61,860 nucleotides of DNA from Candidatus Thorarchaeota archaeon (GCA_016839275.1 JAEOUM010000117.1:1-61860), one strand, 5' to 3'. Positions 8,530 through 18,089 are shown, counted from the first letter of the stretch. Notes: generated from the sequence alone by a model not told the origin. A program made the numbers and translations.

Positions 8530-9921
8530 TCATAAGTGAGAATTAAGCCTAGCATATTCAGCTACTCGTGTCATGCAAAGTGCTGCAAGAAACGGATCAT
8601 CAAAACATGGAATTCTATTCATCTCCAACAAGTCCTTTCCAGGTTTTCCAACATCTCCAGCTAGCCAAACCCCAACAACTGGTTTATCTGTCGCTGTCGT
8701 TCGTACAGCTTCAAGAGTTCCAGCGGCATGTTCTGTTTGTGTCATTCCAGCAAAAGTTGGTACCCCACAGATAACAAGTAACATGTCCACGTTTGGATCC
8801 TTTAGAAGAAGCTCCGTCGCAATACGGTACTCTCTTCTTCCACCACTTGCAACAACATCAATAGGATTATTTAGTGATGCCATGGGTGGGAGTATTTGTC
8901 GAAGTTCATGTTTTGTTTCTTCTTCTAAGGTTGTGATTTGCAGACCGAGTTCTGATGCAGCATCGGTAGCCAATACTCCAGCTCCACCTGTATTACTAAT
9001 AATACCAATATTACAACCCTTCGGAAGCGGTTGATAGTCAAATAATTTACAGATTTCGAATAGAGTATCAAGTGTAGGAGCAGTTACGCATCTAGCCTGT
9101 TTAATCATTCCATCAAATACTTGTGAAGAACCTGCAAGTGATCCAGTATGTGACTGAGTGGCAAGACCGCCCGCCTCGCTTTTTCCACCCTTTAGTATTA
9201 CAACTGGTTTTTCCTGTGCCGCTCGCTGTAATGATTCAAATAATGCTCTTCCATTATCAATACCTTCAATGTATGCAGCAATCACGGTCGTTTTTGGATC
9301 TTGTCTGAAATAGTCCAAGATTTCAATGAATCCCACATCAGCTGCGTTGCCTATACTAGCAAATTTACTCATTCCGATTCTCTTAGTTCTAGTAGTGTAG
9401 ATACTCATACCACCGAGCGCACCACTTTGAGAAATGAAGGCGATGTTACCTCGCTCAGGCATCATAGTGAAAGTGCCATTGAAAAGACGACTATTGGATA
9501 CGCCAACACAGTTGGGTCCAATAAATCGTACACCTGCATCTCTAGCAGCTTTAATCAGGATACTTTCAATCTCAGCGCCTTCAGGTCCAGTTTCACTAAA
9601 GCCGCCGGAGATGATTACTGCATTTTTTGCGCCAGCGTTACGAATCTCTGACATTAAGGACGGACAATGTTTTGCTGCTACTGCCACAATGACTAAGTCA
9701 ACAGGTTCTGGCAAATCTGTGAGACTTTGATAAGCTTTTACACCTAGTACTTGTTCTTTGCTATGAGTTATGGGGAAAACGCCTATCTCAGAGCTCAGGA
9801 GATTCATCAGGATAGAATTACCTAGTTTTCTGTAATCAGCTGATGCACCCACCAGAGCAACTTTTTTTGGATTGAAGAATAAATCAATACTTTGGTATAA
9901 TTCAACCTGTGAACTTGGCAT
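8530..9921 (-). CDS. acdA: Acetyl-CoA synthetase (ADP-forming) alpha subunit / CoA-binding NDP-forming acyl-CoA synthetase
   Basis: CoA-binding KKVALVGAS and succinyl-CoA-synthetase-like alpha domains. ISQSGALGG and SHTGSLAGS loops. Confidence 0.85.
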   Translation of the reverse strand: MPSSQVELYQSIDLFFNPKKVALVGASADYRKLGNSILMNLLSSEIGVFPITHSKEQVLGVKAYQSLTDLPEPVDLVIVAVAAKHCPSLMSEIRNAGAKNAVIISGGFSETGPEGAEIESILIKAARDAGVRFIGPNCVGVSNSRLFNGTFTMMPERGNIAFISQSGALGGMSIYTTRTKRIGMSKFASIGNAADVGFIEILDYFRQDPKTTVIAAYIEGIDNGRALFESLQRAAQEKPVVILKGGKSEAGGLATQSHTGSLAGSSQVFDGMIKQARCVTAPTLDTLFEICKLFDYQPLPKGCNIGIISNTGGAGVLATDAASELGLQITTLEEETKHELRQILPPMASLNNPIDVVASGGRREYRIATELLLKDPNVDMLLVICGVPTFAGMTQTEHAAGTLEAVRTTATDKPVVGVWLAGDVGKPGKDLLEMNRIPCFDDPFLAALCMTRVAEYARLNSHL

Positions 9922-9976
9922 AGTCTGACGCGATAGAAGAGTTCGTTTTATGTCTGTCGTGTGAATCTAAATACAT

Positions 9977-9992
9977 GTAGTACTAGTAATAC
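9977..9992. promoter_or_regulatory. Dyad GTAGTAC-TA-GTAATAC upstream of acdA
   Basis: Read directly. 7-2-7 inverted repeat with one mismatch. Centre is about 60 nt upstream of the acdA start. Confidence 0.45.
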
Positions 9993-9994
9993 AA

Positions 9995-11224
9995 TCAATT
10001 TTTCTTTCCTATTTCTTTCCTTAGTCGTTTCAATCGTCCCTTGTATGTACAATTTGATGACTCAAGAGCGGCTTCAATCGCTGAAACGGTTTCAGGACAT
10101 TTCTTCCCTACATTCAAAATAGAACTTGTTGCTGTCTTAACAATCTCATGATTCCTACTCATACAGAGTATCTCCACCAGAGAAGACGCTGCAGATTCAT
10201 GATAAAAATTGCCAAGTGCAGTAATAGCTACAGTGGCTATTCGTAGATCTTTAAGATAGAATAATCTTTCAAGTAACAGAATTGAATCCAGTGTTCGAAC
10301 TTTAACGTGTTTATGAACAAGATGTAGAAACCGTCTGAAATTCTCACTTGAAGAATCCTTGTTATAGATGTCAAGTGTTTCCTCCAGCATCGATTTTAAT
10401 GTTGCAAATGAATGCCTGCTCGAAAGGATAGATAGTCCCTCATCATTATGGTTCATGATGTAATTATGGAGATTACGATACAATGTATTGGAAGGATATA
10501 CTGACTGTCTTTGCAATACTGTATACTGAGTGACATCCTGGATAGCCACTGGAAATTGTATTACAGATAATACCTCTTCTAACTGCTTTGAATCAATGAT
10601 GTGTCCCCTGATTCCGTAATTCGATAATGCTTGTCGACTAGTTTCACAATACCAAAGTGGAACGATGCTGATCTTGTCATCTTTCCTTTCAAGAGTTATT
10701 CTCTGAATCTCTTCATAGCTCATCTGCTCGATCATTTGAATAATATCTTCTGAAACTTGGATATCAAAATCACTTGAATCAAAAAATAGAGTGTCACCAG
10801 ATTCTATTTGATCATATGCAATTGATTCGGCATAGTCACGCAATGAATCAGAGGCATCTACTAATGAACACTCATCCTTCATCCGAGTCAAGAGGTCTTC
10901 AGTAGTTGTTGGAATAGGTTCAAGTCCACGAAACCCTAACACAGAGAATAACATCTCACGAAATTTCAAATCTTCAATTTTACTCTTAGGCGATCCCGTG
11001 CCGATAGGAATAGCATAACTGAAGTGCTGAGCCTTCATTAGATGATTAACTGTTTCGGGCCACCCTCTCTCTTGTTCAATTGAAGAAAGTACATCGAGTA
11101 GGTCACGGTCTCTTCGCTCACCAATAGCATCTGCTATCATTTGCACACGCTGTTGTTCTTCAGACTGTCGTACACGGTCCTTGACAGCTTTCAGAATTAT
11201 TGCACGATTATCGTCTTCTGTCAA
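9995..11224 (-). CDS. Hypothetical protein (409 aa) with HEAT/armadillo-like C-terminal repeats
   Basis: TTG start. The C-terminal helical repeat ITALGNFYHESAASSLVEILCMSRNHEIVKTATSSILNVGKKCPE resembles HEAT repeats. The N-terminal 300 aa are unassigned. Confidence 0.55.
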   Translation of the reverse strand: MTEDDNRAIILKAVKDRVRQSEEQQRVQMIADAIGERRDRDLLDVLSSIEQERGWPETVNHLMKAQHFSYAIPIGTGSPKSKIEDLKFREMLFSVLGFRGLEPIPTTTEDLLTRMKDECSLVDASDSLRDYAESIAYDQIESGDTLFFDSSDFDIQVSEDIIQMIEQMSYEEIQRITLERKDDKISIVPLWYCETSRQALSNYGIRGHIIDSKQLEEVLSVIQFPVAIQDVTQYTVLQRQSVYPSNTLYRNLHNYIMNHNDEGLSILSSRHSFATLKSMLEETLDIYNKDSSSENFRRFLHLVHKHVKVRTLDSILLLERLFYLKDLRIATVAITALGNFYHESAASSLVEILCMSRNHEIVKTATSSILNVGKKCPETVSAIEAALESSNCTYKGRLKRLRKEIGKKN

Positions 11225-11316
11225 TAGAGGACCTCATGAATATTGCTTTCTGAAAATATCTGAATGATTGCTATATGATTAAGTGTATTATTTCTACAAA
11301 AGATACTGTATTTCTT

Positions 11317-11332
11317 GTATTACAAGTAATAT
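11317..11332. promoter_or_regulatory. Dyad GTATTAC-AA-GTAATAT upstream of the 9995-11224 gene
   Basis: Read directly. One mismatch. About 100 nt upstream of the start at 11224. Confidence 0.45.
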
Positions 11333-11684
11333 AATTGAGTATGGAAAGGAGCTAGATTCGTTTTTTGAGCTGTGGAAAAACCTGCATTGGGAAAAAAGCG
11401 CCGTTCTAAGATTAGAACTATGTATAATTGTTGTAAGTGTATGTATGAGTGTGTCGTAGTAATAGAAGATAGATTGATGTCATTGGATCACGGTCTCTTT
11501 GACATCTCAGGCACTTTCAGTGTCATCTCTATCTCCTCAAAACTTCCAGGATGACTCAACTAGTAGCTTGAATGCACAAGTGCTGGATTGTGACTCCACT
11601 CATCGGTCATGCTTCTATGTGCGACACGCTCGAGCCATTTCTTTATTAAATTTTGAACATCAATGATATTATTCAACAGATTAC

Positions 11685-12227
11685 TTATTCTCGTTTACGA
11701 GAGATATCCGTTTTCAGGGCAAGTGATAATGAGAGATTTTCTAGAAGGGATACGATTGTACGTTCTGTTACTTTGACGCTCTCCAGATCTTCTTGAGTCA
11801 ATTCAGACTTTCCTGCAAGAATTTCACGTATTCTTCTATAGTCACCTATGCGTGCAGCAACCTCCTCAAATGGACGAAATATTGTTAATTCAAATAATCC
11901 AAGATATGTAAGAAGCAGCATTGTATAGAAACAACGAGTCACATTCCTTCTGGCTTGTTTGAGCGTTCTATTGAAGGCTCCTCTCGATACTCCTTTCGCC
12001 TTGGTTCCAGCTCGAGAACGAATCGATGCTTTGTCTTCGTATGTTATATGTGCTCCATAATTATCTTCGATAACTAGATCAATCAGAAGTGTTTCAAGCT
12101 GGGTTTGACTAAGAACAGAACCGTTCTGTAGTATTTTGAGAATTGGTTCTTGTAATACCTGTTTAGCTCCTGATGTAAGTTCTCTCATAACTTTTCGATT
12201 AGATTGTATGTCTAGTTTCTTATTCAT
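11685..12227 (-). CDS. Hypothetical protein, possible Tfx / sigma-70 region-4-like HTH regulator
   Basis: The segment KGVSRGAFNRTLKQARRNVTR resembles the recognition helix region of region-4/Tfx-type HTH domains. The call is weak. Confidence 0.4.
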   Translation of the reverse strand: MNKKLDIQSNRKVMRELTSGAKQVLQEPILKILQNGSVLSQTQLETLLIDLVIEDNYGAHITYEDKASIRSRAGTKAKGVSRGAFNRTLKQARRNVTRCFYTMLLLTYLGLFELTIFRPFEEVAARIGDYRRIREILAGKSELTQEDLESVKVTERTIVSLLENLSLSLALKTDISRKRE

Positions 12228-12393
12228 ACCAATGCTCCTCCATCATGTTTCTGCATACGAGTATTCTATAACGCTTTGAAATAGCCTCTCTGGGTATTTT
12301 TACAACTAGTGTTCATAGATAGACTCTGTTGCTCTGTATGGATACAAAATCGTATACAAGACTAATCCTCTTAAGCATCACCATACCAAGACT

Positions 12394-12409
12394 GTGATAC
12401 TTGTAATAC
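12394..12409. promoter_or_regulatory. Dyad GTGATAC-TT-GTAATAC upstream of the 11685-12227 gene
   Basis: Read directly. The 18-mer TGTGATACTTGTAATACA (12393-12410) is repeated exactly at 13493-13510. Confidence 0.45.
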
Positions 12410-12424
12410 AAGATCTATGATTGC

Positions 12425-12838
12425 CTACCGATGGGATAGGGTCCATTCTGATTCAGGGCTCATCTCTACAAAACCAAGGATAAGATTACCTCGAACTTCA
12501 TCAAACTTGAATACGCCGAAAACATGTCGACCAGAGCTATCAATCCATTCAATCCTACCACGAAGTAGGTAGTGTTGGAACAAGATACGACAATGTTTTC
12601 GAATTGAAGCGAACAGATTTTTGTATCTCCTTCGTTGAGATGGGCGAATCCCCCACCTAGATAGAATGAACCGATTCGTAAGATTATTGCTTGAGATGAG
12701 TGTTGATTTCCTTGATTTCATCTCGCTGTTTGTGGAGTCGAGAAGTGTGCCCTTTAGACAGTCTGGTATTGCAGCCAAGACTGATGCAGTAGGTTCGGGA
12801 TCACGAACTGCAGAAGATGTATGCGTATTAGCTGTCAA
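12425..12838 (-). CDS. Hypothetical protein (137 aa)
   Basis: ORF only. The C-terminal half looks beta-rich (RIEWIDSSGRHVFGVFKFDEVRGNLILGFVEM). No motif recognised. Confidence 0.35.
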   Translation of the reverse strand: MTANTHTSSAVRDPEPTASVLAAIPDCLKGTLLDSTNSEMKSRKSTLISSNNLTNRFILSRWGIRPSQRRRYKNLFASIRKHCRILFQHYLLRGRIEWIDSSGRHVFGVFKFDEVRGNLILGFVEMSPESEWTLSHR

Positions 12839-13003
12839 GGTTAATCGATTACTAGTTCTTACACTACCTTAAGAGGACCTATATGAAATTCTCTGAAACA
12901 TGGTAATATATGTAATACATTGAAGAGCTCTGCAAAACCAGTTCATGACATTGTCAATTCACTGGATTAATATCTAGTTTGAATTCCAGATTCGGAATGA
13001 GTA

Positions 13004-15385
13004 ATGATGGTGAATAAGAGAGCGACCATTCATGTGACTGGAATAGTCCAAGGAGTAGGATTCAGACCTTTTGTGTATCGTGTTGCGAAATCCTTGTCGC
13101 TTCTAGGTTATGTACTAAACCTCGGTGATGCAGGTGTTGAGATTATTGTGGAGGGTGAAGAAACACATATTCAAAAATTGATTCAGAGTGTTAGAAACGA
13201 CTCGCCCTCAATTTCACGGATCGATACACTGGATTTAGAGTGGACTGACTCTCAAGAGGAATTCAAAGAATTTCAGATTCATAAGTCTTCAACAATTCGA
13301 AATGAAGATGCAATTCCTGTGTTGCCACCTGATATTGCCATCTGCAAGGACTGTGTGAATGATTTGATGTATGAGAACTCAAGGTGGTATCTTTACCCAT
13401 TTACATCATGTGCTGCATGTGGACCTAGATTCTCAACTATTACAGACTTACCATATGATAGACCCAACACCACAATGCTCGACTTCCCATTATGTGATAC
13501 TTGTAATACAGGTTATATAAATCCAATTGACCGTAGATATCACGCACAGACAACGGCTTGTCATAATTGTGGTCCTGTTTATCATCTAGTAGACAACAGA
13601 GGTGCAACGATAGCAAATACAAATCCGATTGAAAGAACAGCACAGTTAATTGATGAAGGAGCTATTGTAGCACTTCAAGGAATTTCAGGAACCCACATTG
13701 CTACGAAGACCAGTAATCATGAACCAATAGAAACACTCAGATTGCGAAAGAAGAGGTCTCATCGTCCATTTGCAATTATGGTTCGAGATCTTTCGACACT
13801 AAAACATTTGAGTCATATTAATGAGCTTGAAGAGAAGATACTCACATCTTGGAGAAGACCAATTGTACTGGTCATGAAGACAACTATAAGTCTGAAGAAA
13901 CAGAATACCGTATTACCAGTAATACCAATCGAATCTCTGGAATCTATAGCTCCAGGACTAGACAGTATTGGCGTTATGCTACCCTATGCGCCGATACATC
14001 ATCTTCTCTTCAGACATACCAACGAACCCGCCCTAGTTCTAACAAGCGCTAACCCGACAGGAATGCCAATGTATATCAAACCTGAAATTATCATGAATGA
14101 ACTGCGAGATATCGTTGATTATTTCCTGGTGCATAATAGAAGAATACATCAACGGGCTGATGACTCAGTGGTCAAGCTCATAGATGAAGCAAATCCAGTA
14201 TTCATCAGACGTGCAAGGGGCTACGTACCAGAACCAATTCTCTTCAATGGTCCATGGAGAGCACTCAAGATAGTTGGAGTGGGTCCTGAGGAAAAGGCAA
14301 CTGGCTCAGTTTCAAAGTCTGGCAGAATTTACATGACACAACACATTGGAGACACTAATCAGATTGAGAACATCGATTTCCTCTCAAATGCGATTGATCA
14401 TATGCTGCATCTATTAGACATTAAGAAACTAGATGCTGTTTCATGCGATTTACATCCAGAGTTTTTGAGCACGGATTTTGCAGAAAGGATGGCTACCGAG
14501 TATGAAGTTCCACTTTATCGTATACAGCACCATCATGCACATTTGGCTACAATAATGATCGACGGATTAATACCGTATGATAGCCGTATTATTTGTATTA
14601 CAGCAGACGGGTTCGGATATGGCTCAGATAATAATGCATGGGGCGGAGAGATTCTTGTGGGAAATTACAGTGATTCAATCCGAAGAGGGGGTTTGAAAGC
14701 ACAGGAATATACTGGTGGAGATTTATCAGCTATCTATGCGGCTAGATCCCTAATAGGAATAATTGGAAATAGTATAGAAAAGAAAAGGCTCCTTCAACTC
14801 TTGGGATCATCTCAAATTGCTCCAGACACAAAGGTCTCCGAGAAAGTCTTAGATGTTTTACTTCAAGCAAGAAAGCAAAACGTGAATATAATAAAAAGTA
14901 CGAGTGCTGGTAGATTTCTTGATGCAGTGGCACTTGCACTTGGAGTATGCTCTGAGAATACCTACGATGGTGAGTGTCCAATGAAGCTCGAAGCTGTTGC
15001 CCGTCGTACTGATATTCGAATTAACTCTGAGTTTGTCAAATCGGATTATGGATCGGTCTTGGATACAACTCATTCTCTAGAAGAGATACTTGATATGAAG
15101 GACAAGGGTACAAGTAGAGCGGAATTGGCATATGCGGCTCAGTGGCATCTTGGTGAAAGTCTTGCAAGAATCGCTTGTGATTTAGCAATTGATGAAGAAA
15201 TACTACATATTGGATTCTCTGGTGGTGTTGCATTGAACCGTATCGTAACATCCGCGATTGAAAATCAAATTCGAAAATATAATCTAGTCCCTGTGTTTCA
15301 TTCCATGATTCCCCCTGGTGATGGAGGAATCTCAGTAGGCCAAGTAGCAACAACAGCAGCTAGAATCGTCGACGAAGAGATGTAA
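13004..15385 (+). CDS. hypF: [NiFe]-hydrogenase maturation carbamoyltransferase HypF
   Basis: Acylphosphatase domain (HVTGIVQGVGFRPFVYR). Two paired zinc fingers (CKDCVND...CAACGPRF and CDTCNTGY...CHNCGP). YrdC-like and Kae1-like C-terminal domains. Confidence 0.9.
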   Translation: MMVNKRATIHVTGIVQGVGFRPFVYRVAKSLSLLGYVLNLGDAGVEIIVEGEETHIQKLIQSVRNDSPSISRIDTLDLEWTDSQEEFKEFQIHKSSTIRNEDAIPVLPPDIAICKDCVNDLMYENSRWYLYPFTSCAACGPRFSTITDLPYDRPNTTMLDFPLCDTCNTGYINPIDRRYHAQTTACHNCGPVYHLVDNRGATIANTNPIERTAQLIDEGAIVALQGISGTHIATKTSNHEPIETLRLRKKRSHRPFAIMVRDLSTLKHLSHINELEEKILTSWRRPIVLVMKTTISLKKQNTVLPVIPIESLESIAPGLDSIGVMLPYAPIHHLLFRHTNEPALVLTSANPTGMPMYIKPEIIMNELRDIVDYFLVHNRRIHQRADDSVVKLIDEANPVFIRRARGYVPEPILFNGPWRALKIVGVGPEEKATGSVSKSGRIYMTQHIGDTNQIENIDFLSNAIDHMLHLLDIKKLDAVSCDLHPEFLSTDFAERMATEYEVPLYRIQHHHAHLATIMIDGLIPYDSRIICITADGFGYGSDNNAWGGEILVGNYSDSIRRGGLKAQEYTGGDLSAIYAARSLIGIIGNSIEKKRLLQLLGSSQIAPDTKVSEKVLDVLLQARKQNVNIIKSTSAGRFLDAVALALGVCSENTYDGECPMKLEAVARRTDIRINSEFVKSDYGSVLDTTHSLEEILDMKDKGTSRAELAYAAQWHLGESLARIACDLAIDEEILHIGFSGGVALNRIVTSAIENQIRKYNLVPVFHSMIPPGDGGISVGQVATTAARIVDEEM
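13910..13925. repeat. Perfect dyad GTATTAC-CA-GTAATAC inside the hypF coding sequence
   Basis: Codons GTA TTA CCA GTA ATA C.. (VLPVI, residues 303-307). Confidence 0.4.
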
Positions 15386-15404
15386 TACAAATGATACTAG
15401 TATT
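15384..15404. repeat. Inverted repeat TAATAC-N9-GTATTA between convergent hypF and iorB; possible 3'-end hairpin
   Basis: Read directly. The GTAATACA octamer (15382-15389) overlaps the hypF stop codon. Confidence 0.3.
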
Positions 15405-16017
15405 AAAGACATGTTTTGACTGTACTGAAACCAGTTTCCGCTGCATCAATGTTGATTTGTTCAAATCTCTTCGGGAATGATTCGCGAATTGTACGCAGTG
15501 CAGAATCTTTACTTATAGGGACAAGCCCTGTTCCGAGAATTGCACCAAACATGACCATGTTTAGAGAATAAGAACTCCCTGAGTTCAAAGCAATACTCAT
15601 TGCATCAAACTCAATGACACGGTTTGTGAATTCATGTATTGATTGAAGAATTGATTCATGTGAGGGATATTCAGCCTGTCCCATAGAAACTGCAACAGGA
15701 TATTGAACATGTGAGCTCATCACCACACAGCCGTTCTTTTTGATCAAGTGAATTTCTCTTAGCGTTTCCACTGGCTCAAAACCAACCAGTAAGTCTGCAG
15801 AGCCAGCATCGATAACCGGACCCTTTGCTCCATCACCAATTCTGACAGTACATACTACATGACCGCCACGTTGAGCCATACCATGGATCTCACCGACTCT
15901 TACGTTAAGCCCCTCAGCTAAGGCTGTCTTTGCAAGTATCTCTGCAAGGGTAAGAACACCTTGACCGCCAACTCCTGATATTGCAATATTTATTGTATTA
16001 CTACTATTACGAACCAT
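15403..16017 (-). CDS. iorB: Indolepyruvate:ferredoxin oxidoreductase beta subunit
   Basis: Gamma-type 2-oxoacid oxidoreductase fold (IAISGVGGQGVLT). Directly abuts iorA (16017/16018). Confidence 0.8.
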   Translation of the reverse strand: MVRNSSNTINIAISGVGGQGVLTLAEILAKTALAEGLNVRVGEIHGMAQRGGHVVCTVRIGDGAKGPVIDAGSADLLVGFEPVETLREIHLIKKNGCVVMSSHVQYPVAVSMGQAEYPSHESILQSIHEFTNRVIEFDAMSIALNSGSSYSLNMVMFGAILGTGLVPISKDSALRTIRESFPKRFEQINIDAAETGFSTVKTCL

Positions 16018-17910
16018 TTACTCCACCTCTCTCTTTATTGCACCTTGAGGACACACTGCAACACAGGTACCACACAGATTACAGAGTGTTTCGTCAATGA
16101 CAGCCTTTTCGGTTTCAGGATCCATATACATAGCAGGACATGACAATCGATTAAGACAGCGTTTGCATGAGTTGCACATTTCAGACTCTACATAGTACTT
16201 AGGGAGCTCAATACCTTCACGACGACGATCTGCAGCTGTCAAGAGTGCACATGGTTCTTTTGAAACAAGTACTGCAGGACTATGATTGTCCCTTGCCCAC
16301 TTGACCATCTCTCTTACTTCTGCAACAAGACCAGCTATTGACTCAAAGGGATAAACAGTCTTTACATACTTAACACCAAGACCCTTGCATACCTCTTCAA
16401 TATCTAACGGCTTGACGTGTTTCTGCATGCCTGTGACTCCAGTACCAGGGTGAGGCTGATGGCCTGTCATTGCAGTCGTTCGATTGTCTAGCACCACTAG
16501 ACAGATTCGATGTTGGTTGTATACTGCATCTACGATACCTGGTAGTCCAGACGCAAAGAATGTACTATCGCCTATTGTAGCAACCACATCCTGATCAGTG
16601 ACCTCAGCGAGACCGCATGCAGTAGTTATTGATGAACCCATATCAAAAAGAATGTCTGCAGTTTCAAGAGGCGGTGCAATGCTTAGTGTGTAGCAGCCAA
16701 TATCGGAAGGATAGATTGCCTTCCCTCTTGTTGCAGCCCGGATAGCATAGTATGTTGCACGGTGCGGACAACCTGCACATAGTAGAGGTGGTCTCGGAGG
16801 AATATCAGGGATTTTCCTTGCTCGTTCATCGATATCTTGCCAGTTAATAGTTGTATTACAGTTAATAACTTTACATAATGCTTCCATCGCGATACGAGGA
16901 CTGTATTCTCCCACCCTCGAAAAGTATCCTTGCTCCTTGCCAAGGATTTCTACAGAAACACCATGAAGCTGAGCCAGTCGTCGTGTATGAGTTTCAATGA
17001 AGGGTTCAAGTTCTTCGACTATTACGACTTGTTTATGATTACGGAGGAATGATATAATCTTCTTCTCGGGGATAGGATGTGTAATCCCGAGCTTGAAGAT
17101 CTCTGCTTGGATATTCATTTCAGCAAGAGATTCTCGAACATAGTTGTAAGACACTCCACATGTGATGATTCCAAGTTCGCCTTCGCCTTCTATGAAGTTC
17201 AGTGAGCTGGTTTCGGATACTTCCTGAGCTTTTTTGATCTGTTTGAGAAGCCACGGATGACGAGTTCGTGCTACTGAGGGTATTGGTACAAACCTGAATG
17301 GTTCTTTCTCAAATTCCACCTTTTGAGGAAGGGTAGGGATTTGTCCGAACTCAACAGGTGCTCGGGTATGATTGACTCGAGTAGTTGTTCTGAAGAGTAC
17401 AGGAAGCTCAAACATCTCAGAAAACTTGTAGGCTTCAAGAAGCATTGATTTTGCTTCGATGGGATCAGAGGGCTCCATCATAGGCATATTTCCCATCAGT
17501 GCGTAGTATCTGCTATCATTCTCGTTCTGCGAGCTCCACATACTAGGATCATCTGCGACAACGATGACCATTCCTGCTCGGACTCCAACATATGCTAAAC
17601 TAAAGAATGGGTCAGCGGCTACATTGAGACCGGGTCCTTTGCAGACCATCATTGATCTGACACCGGCAATTGCAGCGGCACCAGCTACTTCCAAGGCGAC
17701 CTTTTCATTGGTACTGAACTCAAAGTAGAAGTTAGGAATGTGTGGTGCCATAGCTGTCAGATTGTTACCAATTTCGCTACTTGGTGTTCCAGGATAAAGA
17801 GCGACTAGTCTGACTCCAGCCTCTAGTACACCTCGAGCAATAGCTTCATTCGCAAGTAATAGCATTTTCTTCCCAGGATTGTCTTCGAGCAGTTCTTGAG
17901 GTCTTGCCAT
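16018..17910 (-). CDS. iorA: Indolepyruvate:ferredoxin oxidoreductase alpha subunit
   Basis: TPP-binding region (GDSTFFASG). C-terminal ferredoxin-like Cys clusters (CNSCKRC..., CNLCGTCVAVCP). A GGAGG lies just upstream of the ATG at 17908-17910, so that start is preferred over 17952. Confidence 0.85.
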   Translation of the reverse strand: MARPQELLEDNPGKKMLLLANEAIARGVLEAGVRLVALYPGTPSSEIGNNLTAMAPHIPNFYFEFSTNEKVALEVAGAAAIAGVRSMMVCKGPGLNVAADPFFSLAYVGVRAGMVIVVADDPSMWSSQNENDSRYYALMGNMPMMEPSDPIEAKSMLLEAYKFSEMFELPVLFRTTTRVNHTRAPVEFGQIPTLPQKVEFEKEPFRFVPIPSVARTRHPWLLKQIKKAQEVSETSSLNFIEGEGELGIITCGVSYNYVRESLAEMNIQAEIFKLGITHPIPEKKIISFLRNHKQVVIVEELEPFIETHTRRLAQLHGVSVEILGKEQGYFSRVGEYSPRIAMEALCKVINCNTTINWQDIDERARKIPDIPPRPPLLCAGCPHRATYYAIRAATRGKAIYPSDIGCYTLSIAPPLETADILFDMGSSITTACGLAEVTDQDVVATIGDSTFFASGLPGIVDAVYNQHRICLVVLDNRTTAMTGHQPHPGTGVTGMQKHVKPLDIEEVCKGLGVKYVKTVYPFESIAGLVAEVREMVKWARDNHSPAVLVSKEPCALLTAADRRREGIELPKYYVESEMCNSCKRCLNRLSCPAMYMDPETEKAVIDETLCNLCGTCVAVCPQGAIKREVE

Positions 17911-17992
17911 TAAGGATCCTCCATTCTTTGAAGCATGTTTCGAGTTGCACAAAGAGCACTGTATCAGTCTTGTGGTAATGGAAATTTACTTC

Positions 17993-18004
17993 GAACACGT
18001 GTTC
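17993..18004. promoter_or_regulatory. Perfect 12-bp palindrome GAACACGTGTTC (copy 1)
   Basis: Read directly. Coordinates cross-checked against the frame of the spurious ORF 17964-18374. Confidence 0.6.
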
Positions 18005-18022
18005 TATTGCGAAACTTATTTT

Positions 18023-18038
18023 GTATTACAAGTAATAC
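18023..18038. promoter_or_regulatory. Perfect dyad GTATTAC-AA-GTAATAC between palindrome copies 1 and 2
   Basis: Read directly. 7-2-7 inverted repeat. Confidence 0.5.
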
Positions 18039-18041
18039 ATT

Positions 18042-18053
18042 GAACACGTGTTC
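18042..18053. promoter_or_regulatory. Perfect 12-bp palindrome GAACACGTGTTC (copy 2)
   Basis: Read directly. Confidence 0.6.
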
Positions 18054-18065
18054 CAATACCATCAT

Positions 18066-18089
18066 GACCCCATCATTTCCACTCGAAAA
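18066..18089 (-). promoter_or_regulatory. Origin recognition box (ORB), left, inverted orientation
   Basis: Reverse complement TTTTCGAGTGGAAATGATGGGGTC: a GAGTGGAAA dyad core followed by a G-tract, as in archaeal Orc1/Cdc6 binding sites. Confidence 0.65.

Noticed and set aside
11372-11554. A 60-aa plus-strand ORF in the long spacer between the 409-aa and 180-aa genes.
   Set aside because: It has a Cys/Met-rich odd composition, no upstream signal and no motif. Evidence is insufficient to call a gene.
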